DNA of 64,000 nucleotides from Chlorokybus atmophyticus (taxonomy: Eukaryota; Plantae; Mesostigma and Chlorokybus algae). The DNA lies in assembly GCA_009103225.1 (NCBI GenBank), contig RHPI01002161.1:107401-171400 (forward strand), given 5' to 3'. Both the position numbers and the translations under genes were made by a program. This document shows positions 1-13,874 of the stretch, one piece after another; within the stretch, counting starts at the first letter, position 1, and every line of letters starts with the position of its first letter. The notes under the pieces were generated by a model. That model ran no database searches. It worked only from the letters and a program-made list of their open reading frames with translations, and was not told where the DNA came from.

Positions 1-230
1 TTGGTCAGTCAAACTGGGGCCTTCTGTGGAAGTCAACGACTCAGGAAGCACACTCTTCACCTGTTGCCCGACTCGATCAGTCAAACTGGGGCCTTCTGTG
101 GAGGTCAACGACTCAGGAAGCACGCTCTTCACCTGTTCACCGACCTTGTCGGTCAAACTGGGGCCTTCTGTGGAGGTCAAAGACTCAGGAAGCATGCTCT
201 TCACCTTTTCGCCAACCGTGGGGTACTCTG
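1..230 (-). repeat. 72-bp coding tandem repeat (24 aa, VKSVLPESLTSTEGPSLTDxVGxQ), at least 3 copies
   Basis: TCAGTCAAACTGGGG-like anchor recurs at 5, 77 and 149. Confidence 0.9.
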
Positions 231-3200
231 TCAGCCCCTTCGAGTCCAGCAGCTGACCGACACCTTCAATAGGCGGTTGTGCTGCACTCACCTCCTCTGC
301 ACTTAGTGCAAATGGTGCTGTGAATTGTTGCTGCATATCCTGCACAGCATCCCCGCTCGTCAAGCTGCCTGTATCGAGAGCGCTGGTTTGGGATGCAGTG
401 CTATCCGCTGGAGTGGTGGACGCAGCAGAGGATGGCAGAAGGGCCTTAGCCTGATCTACTAGACCACTAGGGGCGACCAAGCCCTTAGACTCAAACAAGG
501 CCGGGATGCTGCTGGAATGTTCCTGATCGGCCACGATGCTGCTGCTGCTTGCTTGTAGTGCATTGCCGCCTGGGACTGCGCCACCCAGGGCGAGAGAGGT
601 TGGAAGCAGGCTCTTAACCTTATCAACCAGGCTGCTCGGCGCTGTGGCACCCTCTGACTCCAACGTGCTCTCTGGTGAAGAATCTGCTACTGCACCACCA
701 GCTGCATCTGTACCAGCAGCTGGCAGGTCTGTAGCAGAGGTGTCGACTGCCTGGCTGTCAGAAGGCACGTCTTTCAACGGGGCCTCAGCTGATGACGCGG
801 ATTGATCTGTGCTTGTGCTTGTCTGCAGTACATTGACAGCTGGAGTACCGGACAAATGCAGGAGGCCCTTCACCGTGTTAATGATTCCACTAGGCGCCAC
901 CAAACCTTTTGACTCAAACAGAGCGGGAACATCACCTTCTGAAGGTCCAAGGTTCAGTGCAGAAGGGTCAGCCAGCGCACTGGTTGGCTTGTCAGCTGGG
1001 CCAGCAGCGATGCCTGTGATTGCAGCTGCAGGAGAGGTTGGATCCGTCACTTCGTCAAGAAGAGAGGGAGCTTCTGTTATGATGGGGGCAGGTTCTGAAG
1101 GCTGTGGCTGGTTGCCACCCAATGCCACAGGCCACGCGCTCCTTGCTTTGTCCAGCAAGCTAGGCTCCTCACCAATAAGAAGTACGGACTCCGCCCGTTC
1201 CATCACTGGAACGCCAGCAGAGGTATCCAGAGGCTGATCGCTGCCTTGGGCTCCCAAGCTTGCCGCGCTCGGTGTATCCACATCAGTCTCCAACAGTGGC
1301 ATCGACTGCGTTTCCGCTAGTGGAACAGGGGTTTCCTCTGGTAGCAAAGACTGTGGGCCTATGGACATGCTTTCATCCACCGAAGATTCTGTTCCATGAG
1401 ATGTTGGCAACAGACTCCTCACAGTGTCCATTGCGCTAGAACCCAGCTGTTTAGCACTTGAAGCGGTGTCTGTTGAGCCTGAAGGATATCCTCCCAGCGA
1501 CGATGGCAAAACCTGCTTGACACTCTCCATCAGGCCTGCAGACTCTGTTTGGCCTTCACCGGAGCTGGTGATGGATGCCGGCAATGAACTCTTAATGCTG
1601 TCAACAACGCCATAAGTCTGGCCTTCTGCCGGCGCCTGGTTTGAGCCAGTTAAAGACGCTGGCATAGCGCTTTTGATGCTGTCAACAAAGCTGGAAGTCT
1701 GCCCTTCTGCTGGTGCTTGACTGGCGCCAGACAGCGATGGGACCAAGCTTGACGCACGCTCCATCACAGATGGCCCCGTGGAGGACTCTTGAGGGGCAGG
1801 AGACCCGGAGCCGGTGAGGGATGCAGGCAGTACGCTCTTTAAGCTGTCAACAATGCCATAGGTCTGCCCTTGTGCCAGCGCCTGGTTTGAACCAGTTAAG
1901 GATGTTGGCAAGGCGCTTTTGATGCTGTCAACAAAGCTGGATGTCTGCCCTTCTGCTGGCGCTTGCCCGGTGCCAGGTAGAGACGGAACCATGTTTGATG
2001 CACGCTCCATCAACAATGGATCTGTAGAGGACGCTTGAGGAGCAGAAGATCCGCCAAGGGATGCAGGCAGTATGCTTTTCACGTTATCCACCAAGCTCGA
2101 CTGAGTTGCGCCGGCCGTGACATCTACATCTTGTGCCATAGATGTGTCGAGGGAATCACTTGGGTTATCAGGCAAAGGGGAATACGGCACTGACGCAGCA
2201 ATGCCAGGCGTGAGTGTGGTTGCACTTGATATTGTGTCCTCGGTGCCCGCAAGCGCATCTGAATGTGGCAGTGTGCTTTCTGACACAGTTTGTGCCTCAC
2301 TGCTCGAGCTGAACGACCCAAGGCGCTCTATGTAAAGTGCTTGCAGCTCGGCGCTTTCTGATGGACTGAGCGTTGTGGGCAGCAATGGCTGAACCTGCTC
2401 ACAAGCCAAGAATCAGGACTGACTGTCCCATATGAACAAATGTTTGTGAAGCGGTACAAAATGCAACTTGAAGGCACAGTGTATGCGACAGCACGCACTG
2501 AGGACAAAACTCAACAACTGCCGACTCACAAATCAGATAGGGCGTGTGCAAGATTCACATAGTCACTGAATGGACTGTGGAGACAAGGCACTGAACTCAC
2601 GTTGGTACAACAATTATTGATGTGATTGTTGCTGAGGTTAATTAATGTGAAGTTGCTGCAAAGCTTACCTCATCAACCTTCGGCGCTGCTATCAGCACGG
2701 CCTGCTCTGGCGCGGCATCCCTAGTTATCTGTCCGCTTGCAGCGTCCTGACAAGCCGCGAGCATGACTTTAAACACATATAACAAAGGTCTGCTCTATAC
2801 CAAAATCCGGCGGTGCTGAACTGGCTGGTCAGTTCATAGCGTTGCACTCAAGCTGGCAAAAGTGGCTTTCCGGGCAACGAACCGGAGCGAACAATAACCA
2901 GGGCAACAGAACGCCACAGAGAGTATTTCTCAACAAGATGGATCTGGTACAGCTGTCCCGTGTGACAATATTCGCAGTAGGAAATGCAGACGCTTGACCA
3001 TACAGCCGCAAGAACTAACCAATGCCTGCCATTTCCTCACCACGACAAGGGCAGGTTCCTCTGAAGCTTGTGAAACCATTGGTGACATTGAGCGCATGCC
3101 TTCCGGCGTAGCGAAGCCACTGCCGCTGTCGTCCGCACCAGTACCCACCTGAGCAGACACGCAACTGTCAACGTTAGGCACGCAAGCAACCATTCCAACC

Positions 3201-3412
3201 CCCTTTCGGAAGGAAAACACCGTGGGTAGTATACAATGATAATACCGTGATAATAAACTGTGTGCATGCATGCGCCTAACCTGCGTGGTATCTTCATCTG
3301 TCATGTTCGCCTGAGCGTCGTCAAACTGGGCATCGTCTGCCTGAGCATCATCGCCTACTACCGGTGGGGCCTCGCCAGCCAGTCCGGCCGGCGTGCCCTG
3401 TTTATTGCCCAT
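1..3412 (-). CDS. Large Ser/Ala/Pro-rich repeat protein, multi-exon, 3' end runs off the window
   Basis: Exons MGNKQG...DEDTTQ, VGTGADD...PALVV and DAASG...KVDE join in phase via GT-AG to an apparently open ~2.39 kb exon (about 2394 to 1). Frame was spot-checked at three points. The exon carries recurring (L/V)xDxVKSxLPxSL motifs. It is absent from the ORF track, presumably because no stop is reached. The start codon is uncertain. Confidence 0.75.
1600..2045 (-). repeat. 246-bp (82 aa) internal coding duplication
   Basis: The tgtcaacaa(c/t)gccata...gaggac segment at ~1600 recurs at ~1846. Confidence 0.85.
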
Positions 3413-6350
3413 GGCCTGGACTGACTGCAGCCACCGGCAAACAGTGTGAGTCAGTGTGTATAAAACCCCCCCATGCACATCTTGATGAGGGCATGCATGT
3501 AGCTTGGCTGGCAAAACTTCGGCGGTATTTGCTATCGCTAAAGCTGAATGACAAGCATGCACGGAAGAAGTAACACAAAGGACATACAGTGCGCTCCTCC
3601 GATGGTGCAACAACGCTTGACCAAGCACTCCGAAGAACCAAAGCTGCGCAAGCCAACAGCAAGCAGCGACAGGAGCACATACATTAGCAGCTGTGCTCAG
3701 CAACGGCTATCGTAGCCAGGCGAACGGCGGCAAAACCACCATCAGTTTCGCAAGTTATGCAAGCTGTTCTATATGACCAGCCCAGCTGCAAAGCTTCACC
3801 TTTCGCTACTGCGCACCCGCTCAACCAAGCTTCTTGGCATGAGTACAACTACAAGCTAGCATGAGTAGCGGCAGGCACCTGGCCGTCAGCCCGGGTGAGT
3901 GGGTCTCCGGGCGTATCCGTCGCTGCGTCTTTTAGGCGCGCAGGTAGAAGAGTCCTTTAGCAGCCCGTCCGGACCAGCGGCCTGCCCCTCACGCACAAGG
4001 ACGGCCAAGACAATGCTGTCGCCGTCGCCACTAGGCCTATGACAGGACACGCAGTTGAGTTGCAATCAAGCGAAGCGGAGTCGCTTCAAGACAGAAGATG
4101 ACAACGAGCGGATTTTTTCGCTCGTCGGTTCGACACACGTGTACATCGACGGTGATACACGATAGTCTATCATCGTCGATAGAGTGTTTAAGGGGCAAGT
4201 TACCCGTTGGCAACGGGAATCAGTGGGCAACGTGGGGGATCTCTCTCTCTCTCACTCTGTTGCATGCGAGGTGCAAATTACCTGTATTATACAGGTAATT
4301 TGCACTGAACTCAGGACATGCAGGCTGTATGTCATGAGTTTTCATCTTACAACACACTAGCATGCTTCACATCCGTGTAACCTTAACCTACCACATACTG
4401 GACCACAATAAGCCAGATCTTATGCGCTTGTACATGGGCGGAAATCGATGGCCCGATTGAGACTCACATAATACTTGTGTCTGTGCCAGCTACGTTGCAC
4501 GCAAATGTGCGGATACAAGTGCGCGAACATGAAGACCAATTGGCATTTTGAGGGACGAATAACTTTCCCTGCAGCAGGCACATTTTCAAACAATTTCAAT
4601 GAGGAAAGGAGAAAAAATACGCGGGGCGATTAGATGAGCATGGTGATGGTTCCTTCAAAAGTCGGAATTTTGATTATTCAACTTTTTACTTCGCCGTTTA
4701 CAAGCCCCAACTTTCACTGTTGCCCCCTAATGAAGACCTTATATGTCTTAAATTCGGCTTTTGGCCTTCATGCGAACATAACAAAAATTGTCAACTGTTG
4801 TGGTATCGTTTGATGTTCATACAATAAGTTAGCGCATAAACTGTGTGCACGACACGCATATAAGTTCATGCATCGCAAGTCGAACGTCGTAACAAGCTAA
4901 TAATCGTATCTAATAAAGTATAAAAGCAACACATACTACAATGGGTTGTACTATTATTGTTACATTAAGATGTATACATGCTGCATAAGCTAATAAGATG
5001 TTGCTAATGCAATGTCACATGCAAACTCACACAAGAACACACAGTAACACACTCAGCGGCAAGTATGCTATGTGCATGCTGTTGGATAGTTGCATGCAAG
5101 GAGTTGTATATGTTGACATTAATGACAGTAAAATGCATGCAATGTTAATACTGTGTAAAGTTACAAGCTTTGCAACATGTATACAGTCTAACCCGGCTAT
5201 AAGAATACTACTTGCCACTCAATTTCAAACTTATGATAGGGGTATTCTATTGATTGTTATAAAACCGCATAGTCTTGAAGCGCATGTAAGCACATATTGT
5301 GATAATGATAATATGGGAAAAATTAGACAATCATAACATACTTATATCTCATGCACTTGATACCACGTGCATAATACAAGATATGTGTAGCCTATATACA
5401 TATCATGTCATTGTTTTCTCTCGTCGTGAGTATAATAAAGCGGGAGTTGACATATAATTCAATATTACCCCTCGCGGTTAAGACTATTCTTGAGCCCATA
5501 GCTGTTTATTAGTGCGGACATCGTTCTTGAGATTCTAATCTCGTGATGAGGTTAATCGGCAAATATGATACTAGCGGGGGTAGACTGCACCACATTTGTC
5601 AAGCTTTGACATCGCGAGCGGCAGTGCGGCATGAGCACAATAAGTAAAAAGATAACTAAACAGTATATATGGGCTTTCCCATGGCTTCATTGCAGCAAAG
5701 TACACCAAGCACATCACACTACATGCACACTCACAGACATCAGGATCTGCACGAAACACAACCTTAACTATATATGGAAGGGGTAGGGGCAAGGACTATA
5801 TATGTGCACTGCTTGAGTGCATGCAATGTGGCGTAGGGGAGGCGGGGAAGCAAGTGAGCAAAGCAGTATGGGCAAGCATGCAGACCTGTAGCAACAGCGC
5901 AGACCATATATATTACATGCATCAAAGTTACAACTGCAAATGGCACGCGCAAAATTATGCGTACTTTCCAAATAATCAGACTTGAGCATGCAAAAGGTAA
6001 GCGCGCATTGCATTCTTAAAGTTGCATGTTACTCATTCACTCACTTAAATTGTAGCTGGCTGACATTTTCTTGACGTTTTTCTTTTCATTAATCTGTAGC
6101 ACTTATAATTAGATGTCATTGCTACTAACCACTATACACTAACACTACCAGCATACATTTCAGACTACACGCAACTTCTATGTAGAGTTGAAGAACAAGA
6201 GCATTATCAGCTGTATGTATAACAAAGAATTGCATCATGACATGAATCACAGTAGGCACTACATATGGCAATGATAAAGAATGAGGAAACAACTCAGAAA
6301 TGTCATGCAGTTGTTGTACATACGAGAACTGCAATGTGAGGGAGTGTATT

Positions 6351-6560
6351 GGATATGTGAAATGCTGTAGGCCACACGCATGCAACATAAATCCACGGTA
6401 ACACATCGTTACCACTACACAAGGCTTCACATTGTTCACGACCGCCACGTGAGGAAGTATACAGGATATGTAAAGTGCTGTTTGGCACATGCATGCAACA
6501 TAAATCCACAGCAACACTACATCATTACCTATATACAAGGCTTCACATTGTTTACCACCG
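6351..6560. repeat. Degenerate ~113-bp tandem duplication, non-coding
   Basis: GGATATGT...CATGCAACATAAATCCAC...AAGGCTTCACATTGTT at 6351 and 6464. Confidence 0.75.
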
Positions 6561-7072
6561 GGCCCACCACTACTTCTACACTACACTATCACTACCGCCC
6601 AGCCCCATGAGACATGCATGCATGTATTAGTGACAGGTCCCTGCACCACAGCTGCTTGTCAGCAGCCCACTCCTACAGTGCAGCACAAGAAAAATATGGC
6701 TCTGCGCGAAAGTTGCATCAACCCCTGACTAGCAGCATGTTAGAGTATGACACACCAAATTGCCTACTGGAAAAGAATACTTGTGATCGAGCACAACCGC
6801 GACAACATGTCCTAAACTGCATCTGCGCCAATCAGCGCTTGCATCTGTACAGAAAATGCGAGAGGGGTATGTACAGAAAATGCGCAACACGTATGTGTGA
6901 AGAACCCAACAAATTGGACACATGTTTACAGCAATCACGTGGGGTAACTTCGGCTAATGAGAGCACCTGGTCCGGCAGCTTGCAACGCTGTAGACAGAGC
7001 TCAAGTTGCCGCATGGATTACATTGCTAACCCCTTCCCAAAAAGTTTGTTATCTACAAGGTTCGATCTCAAC

Positions 7073-9871
7073 TCATGCAGGAACTAGAGATTGCTGCAAA
7101 CCCTCCTTGATGGTAAAAACCTTGTCCAGCACTTCCTCAATGGCCTGCCAGAAAACCAGACTGAACCGACAGACATGGACAACACAGTTATGCGGCTGCA
7201 AGTGGAAGGCACGCATGCAGTGGCTGTGCAAACAACAGGCGCAAACGGAAATGCCTAAGCAGACCCATGGCGCGTACTTTGTCTGGAGTTGATGCGCCAG
7301 ATGTGATGCCAATGGTGACAGGTCCTTGTGGAAGCCAGTCGGCTGTCTCCACAAGCTCGCCATGCTGCGAAACAATCCGACATCATGACAAGTGCAACTG
7401 CTCAAGTGTCAACCACAGTGTGGCTAGCGCAATAGTAATTGAAAACAATAACAACGCACCATTAGCAAGTGCTGGATGTGGTTGCCCGGGCCCACGCGCG
7501 AAGCACCATCAATCCAATAGGATGGGATCTTCTTGTCCTCAGCAATTTCCTAGGAGAAAGTGGTCAGCCAATCCGACATATACTTTCTGAGCGCAGAAAC
7601 AAGCACACGCCAACCTGTAGGTGGGAAGTGTTGGATGAGTTGAACCCTCCAATGACCAGCATCAGGTCCAGGTCATCCTCAACAAGTTCGTACATCGCAT
7701 CTTGTCGTTCCTGTGATGACGAGGGTCAGGCTGCAATGTGTTGTGTGCGTACACCAACAGCAAGCCATGCCTATTGCAGCTGCTACATCACCTGAGTAGC
7801 ATCGCAGATCGTGTTGAAGCTCATGAAATGTTCATTGAGCTCAACTGGGCCATACTTGTCTATCATAGTCTTCTCAAGCATCTTGCCTGTGGTACACCAT
7901 ACATTAATCCTTTTCACATTACTTATCCCAACATCTATAGATGCCATGCATGTCATAACCACGCAATTGCCTGCACATGCTGGCGATTGCAAGAAATGAC
8001 AAGCACCGGCGCTTTGCATAATGACTCACCAATTGTCTCTGTTTCTCCCTTCAACATGGTCGTCTGATTTGCAATGCCAACCCTCTCTAAGTGCACATCC
8101 GGGTCGAACCCTTCTGAGATCGCTTTTGAAAATTTCTGCAGCAGCCCAAAGCGCATCAGCATCTGAAAAAGGAAACCAACGGCTGCCCAATGCAGTCGCC
8201 AAAACCTGTCAAGTCATGCCTGCAAAAACTCCTCCTTTGTGCCGCTTGAGCCATTCAGCTTTCCACCCAGAATGTAGTCACAGACATACTCCGTCTGCAA
8301 CGGCGGTTTTAGAGAGGTGCACAAAAGCAGTAACCGTAACAACATGCGGTAGATGTACTGCACCTCAGCAATATTTTTGACGATGAGGTAATCGCCTGCA
8401 AATGAAGCAGTCGCAACGGTCTCCTCATGAGCATACTTGCCATGAATGACAGACGTGTACGTCTTCTTCTTGTGCTTTTCAACTGTATTCCAAACCTGGT
8501 GCAAGCATACGACACAGCTGACTTCTTCAACCTCGTACATGACTTTGTTCACATTCAATTGCAATCTGCATTGTATGACAACCTCAATGCAGGATCTTGC
8601 AAGTCATATAATCAAGAAAGAATCACCACTAAGCATTGTTCAACCGCACAGGGCATTCACAACTTCAGTGCACTTCAATAGCTGAATAGCTACTATGCGT
8701 CTCGGCAAAACTGAGCAGCTTTGCTGGCTTACCTTCGAAACCCAGGGACAGGTCGTGTCCACTATCTGCACACCCTTTTCATTGAGCGTCTGCATTTCTT
8801 GCATGCTAGCACCAAAGGCTGGCAATATCACCACGTTCCCATCGCCAACAACTTGAAAATCCTTGACACCCGAGTCCACTGGGATGTACTTGACTCCCAT
8901 GTCTTGTATCCTCTGTTGGACAATTTCGCTGAGCAACCTGCTAACTTAAAAACCAGCTCCTTGACACTAAGTTGACATCTTCATAATAAATACTTGCGGG
9001 ACCCAATGCTTGTAGTTGTACGAGACACGTACTTTGTTCACGTCTGGGTTGTGAATAATCTCGTTGGTGATCCAGATCTGCTCTGTGGGAAAGTGCTTTC
9101 GGGCCTCGTAAGCAATCTGCACAGCCCGCTCCACACCCCAGCAGAACCCGTATGCCTTTGCCAGCTTGATCGTCACGTCGCCGACCGTCAGCACCATGTT
9201 GTTGTCTTTCAACATCTGCACCATGCTGCCTGTGCACGACTTGAACTGGTGAGTGGATTGGCTGGCAAAAACAAGTGGCGAATGCGAATAGTTGCATGGG
9301 TGTCAAGTATGCAAAAAGAACCGCATGCAAAAGCTGAGGACTGCGCAAGCTGCTGAGAGGCCTGCTGACTGGTGGCAACATGTGCAAAACAGTACAACGG
9401 GTGAACAGCATTTCCTCTGGCTGCCCTGCCGGCACACCTGTAGTGCTGCTGAAAAGATATGCAAAAAACATGCGCAATGTGCTTAAGCAAGAAATTGTGC
9501 ATGTTTGCTAATATGTGTTGAAGATGCTCCATAATCCTGTGACACTTACTTTGGTACTCAGAGCCCATCATCTCCAGGATCTCCTTCTTGTACCCGAACC
9601 CTTGCCTATTATAGGTGCCGCTCTTGTTAAGCGACCGCCTAAACGCCTTGGTGTCAACCCTCTCTGCGGCAGCAACACCTCCATCCTCGCCTGCGGCAGA
9701 GGAGGAGGGAGCCGCACACCTGACAGGGGCCACCCCAGCCCCAACTACGGCGGGCCGCGCCGCCGGCCGCCTCCTCAGCGACTGCGCATCCGCTCCACAC
9801 AGAGCTGCAAGCTGCCCAGAGGTGGCCGCAGCCCTCCCCACCGACACTACCGCCGCCGCCGCCGCCGCCAT
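7073..9871 (-). CDS. HDR: 4-hydroxy-3-methylbut-2-enyl diphosphate reductase (HDR/IspH), plastid-targeted, ~11 exons
   Basis: Ala/Arg/Ser-rich transit peptide. Motifs [50 protein letters not shown] and [10 protein letters not shown] lie on spliced exons. Confidence 0.96.
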
Positions 9872-11948
9872 GTCGTCCGGCTAGCAGGCATAGGCAGCAG
9901 CCAACCTGCTTCAGCACAGATTGGTCTGCCCGGGCGTGCGTACGCCATGCTACTCGCAGTGCGCAAGCCTGTGCTGTCTCTCTCCCTACAGCCATTGGCT
10001 GAACCGGTTGCTGTCGTACTTTAAGAGCATCCAGTTTTGTCGATCCAGTCCAAAAAAACACTGCCTTGTGCAGCATCTGATTATCTGATTCACATGGCCT
10101 CGGGAGGCCGCCTCCCCCATCCGCGTCATCGGCAGCGGACGGGCGTCGACGTGCCGTGTAACGGGTGCTCCTCGTAAACAGGGCTATCAGTGTTGACAAC
10201 AAGGGTTGCGCGTTACATGTCGTTACTCGCGCACAGAAATTTGCAAAACGTCAACTTGCAGAGGCTGTTATTAACCATCATCTACCCATCTCCAAAACAG
10301 CTACAACTTGGATCGGTGTTTGTAGGCTGCTTGTGTGCGGCATTGAGAGTCTTCAGCTTGTTGGTGTTTGACACAAGGAACATCACTTTGAAGTAAAGGC
10401 GAGCTGATTGCAGCGCATTTTAGCAAAGCCGGATTTAACTGCGGTTACTTGAAAAGGCTGTCAATACCACGCAAGATAGGGCAAAGAAGAACTAAATCAT
10501 CAATCAACCTCACTGTAGCTTAGCTTACTTCGCATGTGTATCATTTCGCATGATTCTTGGCTTTCCCGCATAGCACTGCACAATGTACTCCACAGTTTGT
10601 CATGCTGCGTTGAATACTTGCTGCGATATTGTGCAATATACTTTACATTGCACATCACAATCTATCATGTTGACAGAAACCACACTTGTCTCCATTACAA
10701 TTGTTGCAACGCAGTGTTCTTTTTCATTATAAGATTATTGTCAGCGCACATGCTGTACGGTGGTTTTTAAAAGTCGTCGATGACATATTACGAAAGATAC
10801 ACAATATGGCAAGTTGTATATCAGAATATATGCTTACTTACAAGCGTCCCAAGTTAATCAAACGCATTAACCAATGTTATAACAACCGCCTTACAGCCCT
10901 TGCGCGTTCATACAAGGAATGCGGTTGTTCTTATATCGTTATAAATTTCGTACGCTCAATATCAAAAAATCAATTGTTGTAACGCGATTATTCTATCAAC
11001 AGGCAAGACACAAATACAAGTAGACTTTACCCTTTATATCAAGTTTGTCTTGGCTTGTGAGCAATGCATTGACATTACTATTCAAAGCGTATCAGTGATC
11101 AAGCAGCACTCGAGTTATTATTCGAGCACTTGTATCGTGTACATATAGTATAAAAAGGAGCGCGAGCGTTATACACTGTTGTGTTTTATGATTTGATGCG
11201 ATGATCATGAGAAGAGCCATTCCACCGGGTTTCGAAGATCAATATTGGCTCTTCAAAAGTGCCTGATGTGTTTGGATGCATGCTTGCATGCATGTAACTA
11301 AAATGACTTCGACATCGTCATTACATAGGGTCGACGATATTATAGTATAACGTGTCACCGCTGTGAATGTGTTGCTGCTTGCGTTAAACACTCTGCATAG
11401 GAAGGCCTTGCATACTGCTCATGGTACTACCGTGGTACATGAAACGGACAAAGCTTGTGGACCAGTGGTCCACTGGCTTTGTCATTGTTGTATCCTCCCT
11501 CCATGACACACAGTCTGTGTCGACTCGCCAAACTCACTGCAGTGAGTGCAACACTCCGAGTGCTGCGGGAGTGTGGTCGTCGGCGATTCCCAGCAAGCAG
11601 CGTTCGACAGTGTTCCCTCTTGCACAACGCCATCCACATCACCAGCAACATCACCGCCGACAACAGGCACCATCACACAACCAGCAGCTGCACACGCGTG
11701 CGTGAGTGAGGGCAGATTCCACCTCTTGTGCACTGGGACGCGGCGCAGGTGGCGGGGGGGACAGCGTTGGGGGGATTGCTGACGAGCGAGGGCTGCGCCG
11801 GGGTGTTGAGTAAGCGGAATGAGTGTGGGTGTGGGCGAGGCCTTCTCTTGCGCCATGGCGCAGCGGACGGTGGTAGGGTTTTGGTGCTGCTAGGCCGGGG
11901 CGGCGAGGTGCGGAGTCGCCCCCTGGTGAAACGGCGGCAAGGCGGCAG

Positions 11949-13874
11949 ATGAACGACGACCACGTGGATGTGAGCATGGATCTCGTCCGTGCGGCTGCAT
12001 AGTTGCCGTTGGCTTTTCCCAATTGCACAGAATGGCTTACGAAAGCTGCAAAGCTTGCAACATACTTGATGCATGCAATAAGTTTGTCAGCCTTTTTATA
12101 CTTTTCTCTTTATTTCGCTTTAATCAATGCATTTGCAATCCGCACTCACAGCCCACTCAGAAACCAAGAACTTGACTGCATGCCCTGTGAGCCTGCCATG
12201 CAAGGCCTTAATTGTGGCCTGCACATGGACACGTGTTTGTTTATTTTCGGTTACCATTGGACACAGTGCTGCTACTCTGCGTCTTGCAGAGCTGTGGCGG
12301 TAGCTTGCTGAGTAGCATGTCCAGAACTTAACTGTAGTTTCAACACTGTACCCCATAGAAGGTGATTGCAACTGGCTTGAGTTTGATATAGTTGTCAACT
12401 GCGCAGGCCATAGCGTTGCTCGATGAATCTCATGCAGATGCGTCCACAGCTGCGACATCCCCCGTGCCATTGGTCGTTGCACACGCACCCACAACGACAA
12501 CAACAACTGCATCAGCTTCTATTCAAGAGTCTGCAGCAGGACTTGAGTTCACGCCCACCGCACTGGCATTCCCACCATTAACAACAGGTGCCCCCACTAC
12601 TACTGCAGCCGCCTTTGCGAGCACGACCCCGAACGCACAATCCGAGCAACCGCCAGCAGATGGTGTCACAACGCGCCCTTTCAGAGCACATGACAGAAAA
12701 GGTGAGGATTTGCTCAGTGTCGGTGAAAGGTTTAGTAGAGTCAGCCTGGGATGACTGAGTACAATGCTTGGTTTCTTGTCAGATTGGATTGATCAAGCAC
12801 CACTATCGCACATTAGCGTTGAGGAAGATGGAGTCACGAAGATTGCGCACATGGCAAGGCGGTGCGGGGGTTGCAGCATGAGCAAGAACTGCACAGAAAC
12901 GAAGCAGAAGAAGTTCTATTTGTTGTCATGCAGTGCTGCGTACCAGCACCACGACACATGGACCGGCAGCTTGCGTGGTAATGCCTCCACACAACAGTAT
13001 GATCTTGTATGTGTGCCTCCTGCCTGTGCGCAGCACAGTTGTCAGGCAGATATGGACTGAGTAAAACCACGCAGGCCAGCACAAGCTCTGCCTCAAGTGC
13101 TGGAAACGTCTTCAGGGCCGGTGTCCCCTTTGCCACATCCCTCCTGAAGAGCGCCGCCAGCTGTTAAAGCGCACTGCATCAACGGCAGACACGCCGCCGC
13201 CTGAGGACAACAGCACGCCTGTCAATGACAGGTGAGAAACGGCTGCTGCCAATACTCAGGGGAATGTAACATCACACTCAACAAGCAAGGAACTCCCAAT
13301 TGTGCTTTGGGCGTGCATGGTCAGAACAAGCGTCCGCCAGACCTTCAACCTTGCTGAGGTGTTGGCGACTAAACTGTGTGCCTCAAGTTATTGTGTGGCG
13401 GACTTGCGTTGCAGGCCTCCAGGCAGCAAGCCGTCAAAGCCAGTGAAGCCGGCTACGAGCACAAAGGCAGTGCTGCGCACGCGGCTTGCAGAAAAGGACT
13501 CGCAGCTGGAAGCATTGAAGTCGAAGCTTGCAGATAAAGATGCAGAGATAGACAGGCTTAAGCAGCAACTTACAGTCGCAACGCAACGGTTGGGGGATGG
13601 CGCGAGTGAGGCTGTGAGCAGGTTTGTCGGTTTGGTCAACGGAGAGGCTGAGCGCAGGGCAAGGCAGGCCGAAACCAGAGCTGACATGGAGCATCAACGG
13701 GCGGAAAGGCTCTCGAGGGTGGTTCTGAAACTGCGACAGCTGGCGTCCATCATGATGATGGAAGAGGTTGATGGGCTGGTGGTTCCTTCCAACAATAATC
13801 ACAGGGGCAATGAAACTGCAGAAAGACCCGCAACTGTTGATGAACTTGCGTTGCAAAGAGAAGCTCCAGGTTGA
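11949..13874 (+). CDS. RING-type zinc finger plus C-terminal coiled-coil protein
   Basis: Proposed exons: MNDDHVDVSMDL | AIALLDES...HDRK | DWIDQ...CGGC...LLSC...LR | GQHKLCLKCWKRLQGRCPLC...ND | RPPGSK...LAEKDSQLEALKSKLADKDAEIDRLKQQL...*. The first exon is the least certain. Confidence 0.7.

Noticed and set aside
1-230. Regularly spaced repeats resembling a CRISPR array
   Set aside because: The whole 72-bp unit repeats in frame with no unique spacers; eukaryotic coding repeat, no cas genes.
4500-5600. AT-rich intergenic stretch that might be a transposon remnant
   Set aside because: No TIR, TSD or coding remnant could be identified.
11482-11856. GC-rich minus-strand ORF MAQEKASP..., divergent from the RING gene
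   Set aside because: No recognisable domain and no consistent splice model; could be a small gene or UTR.
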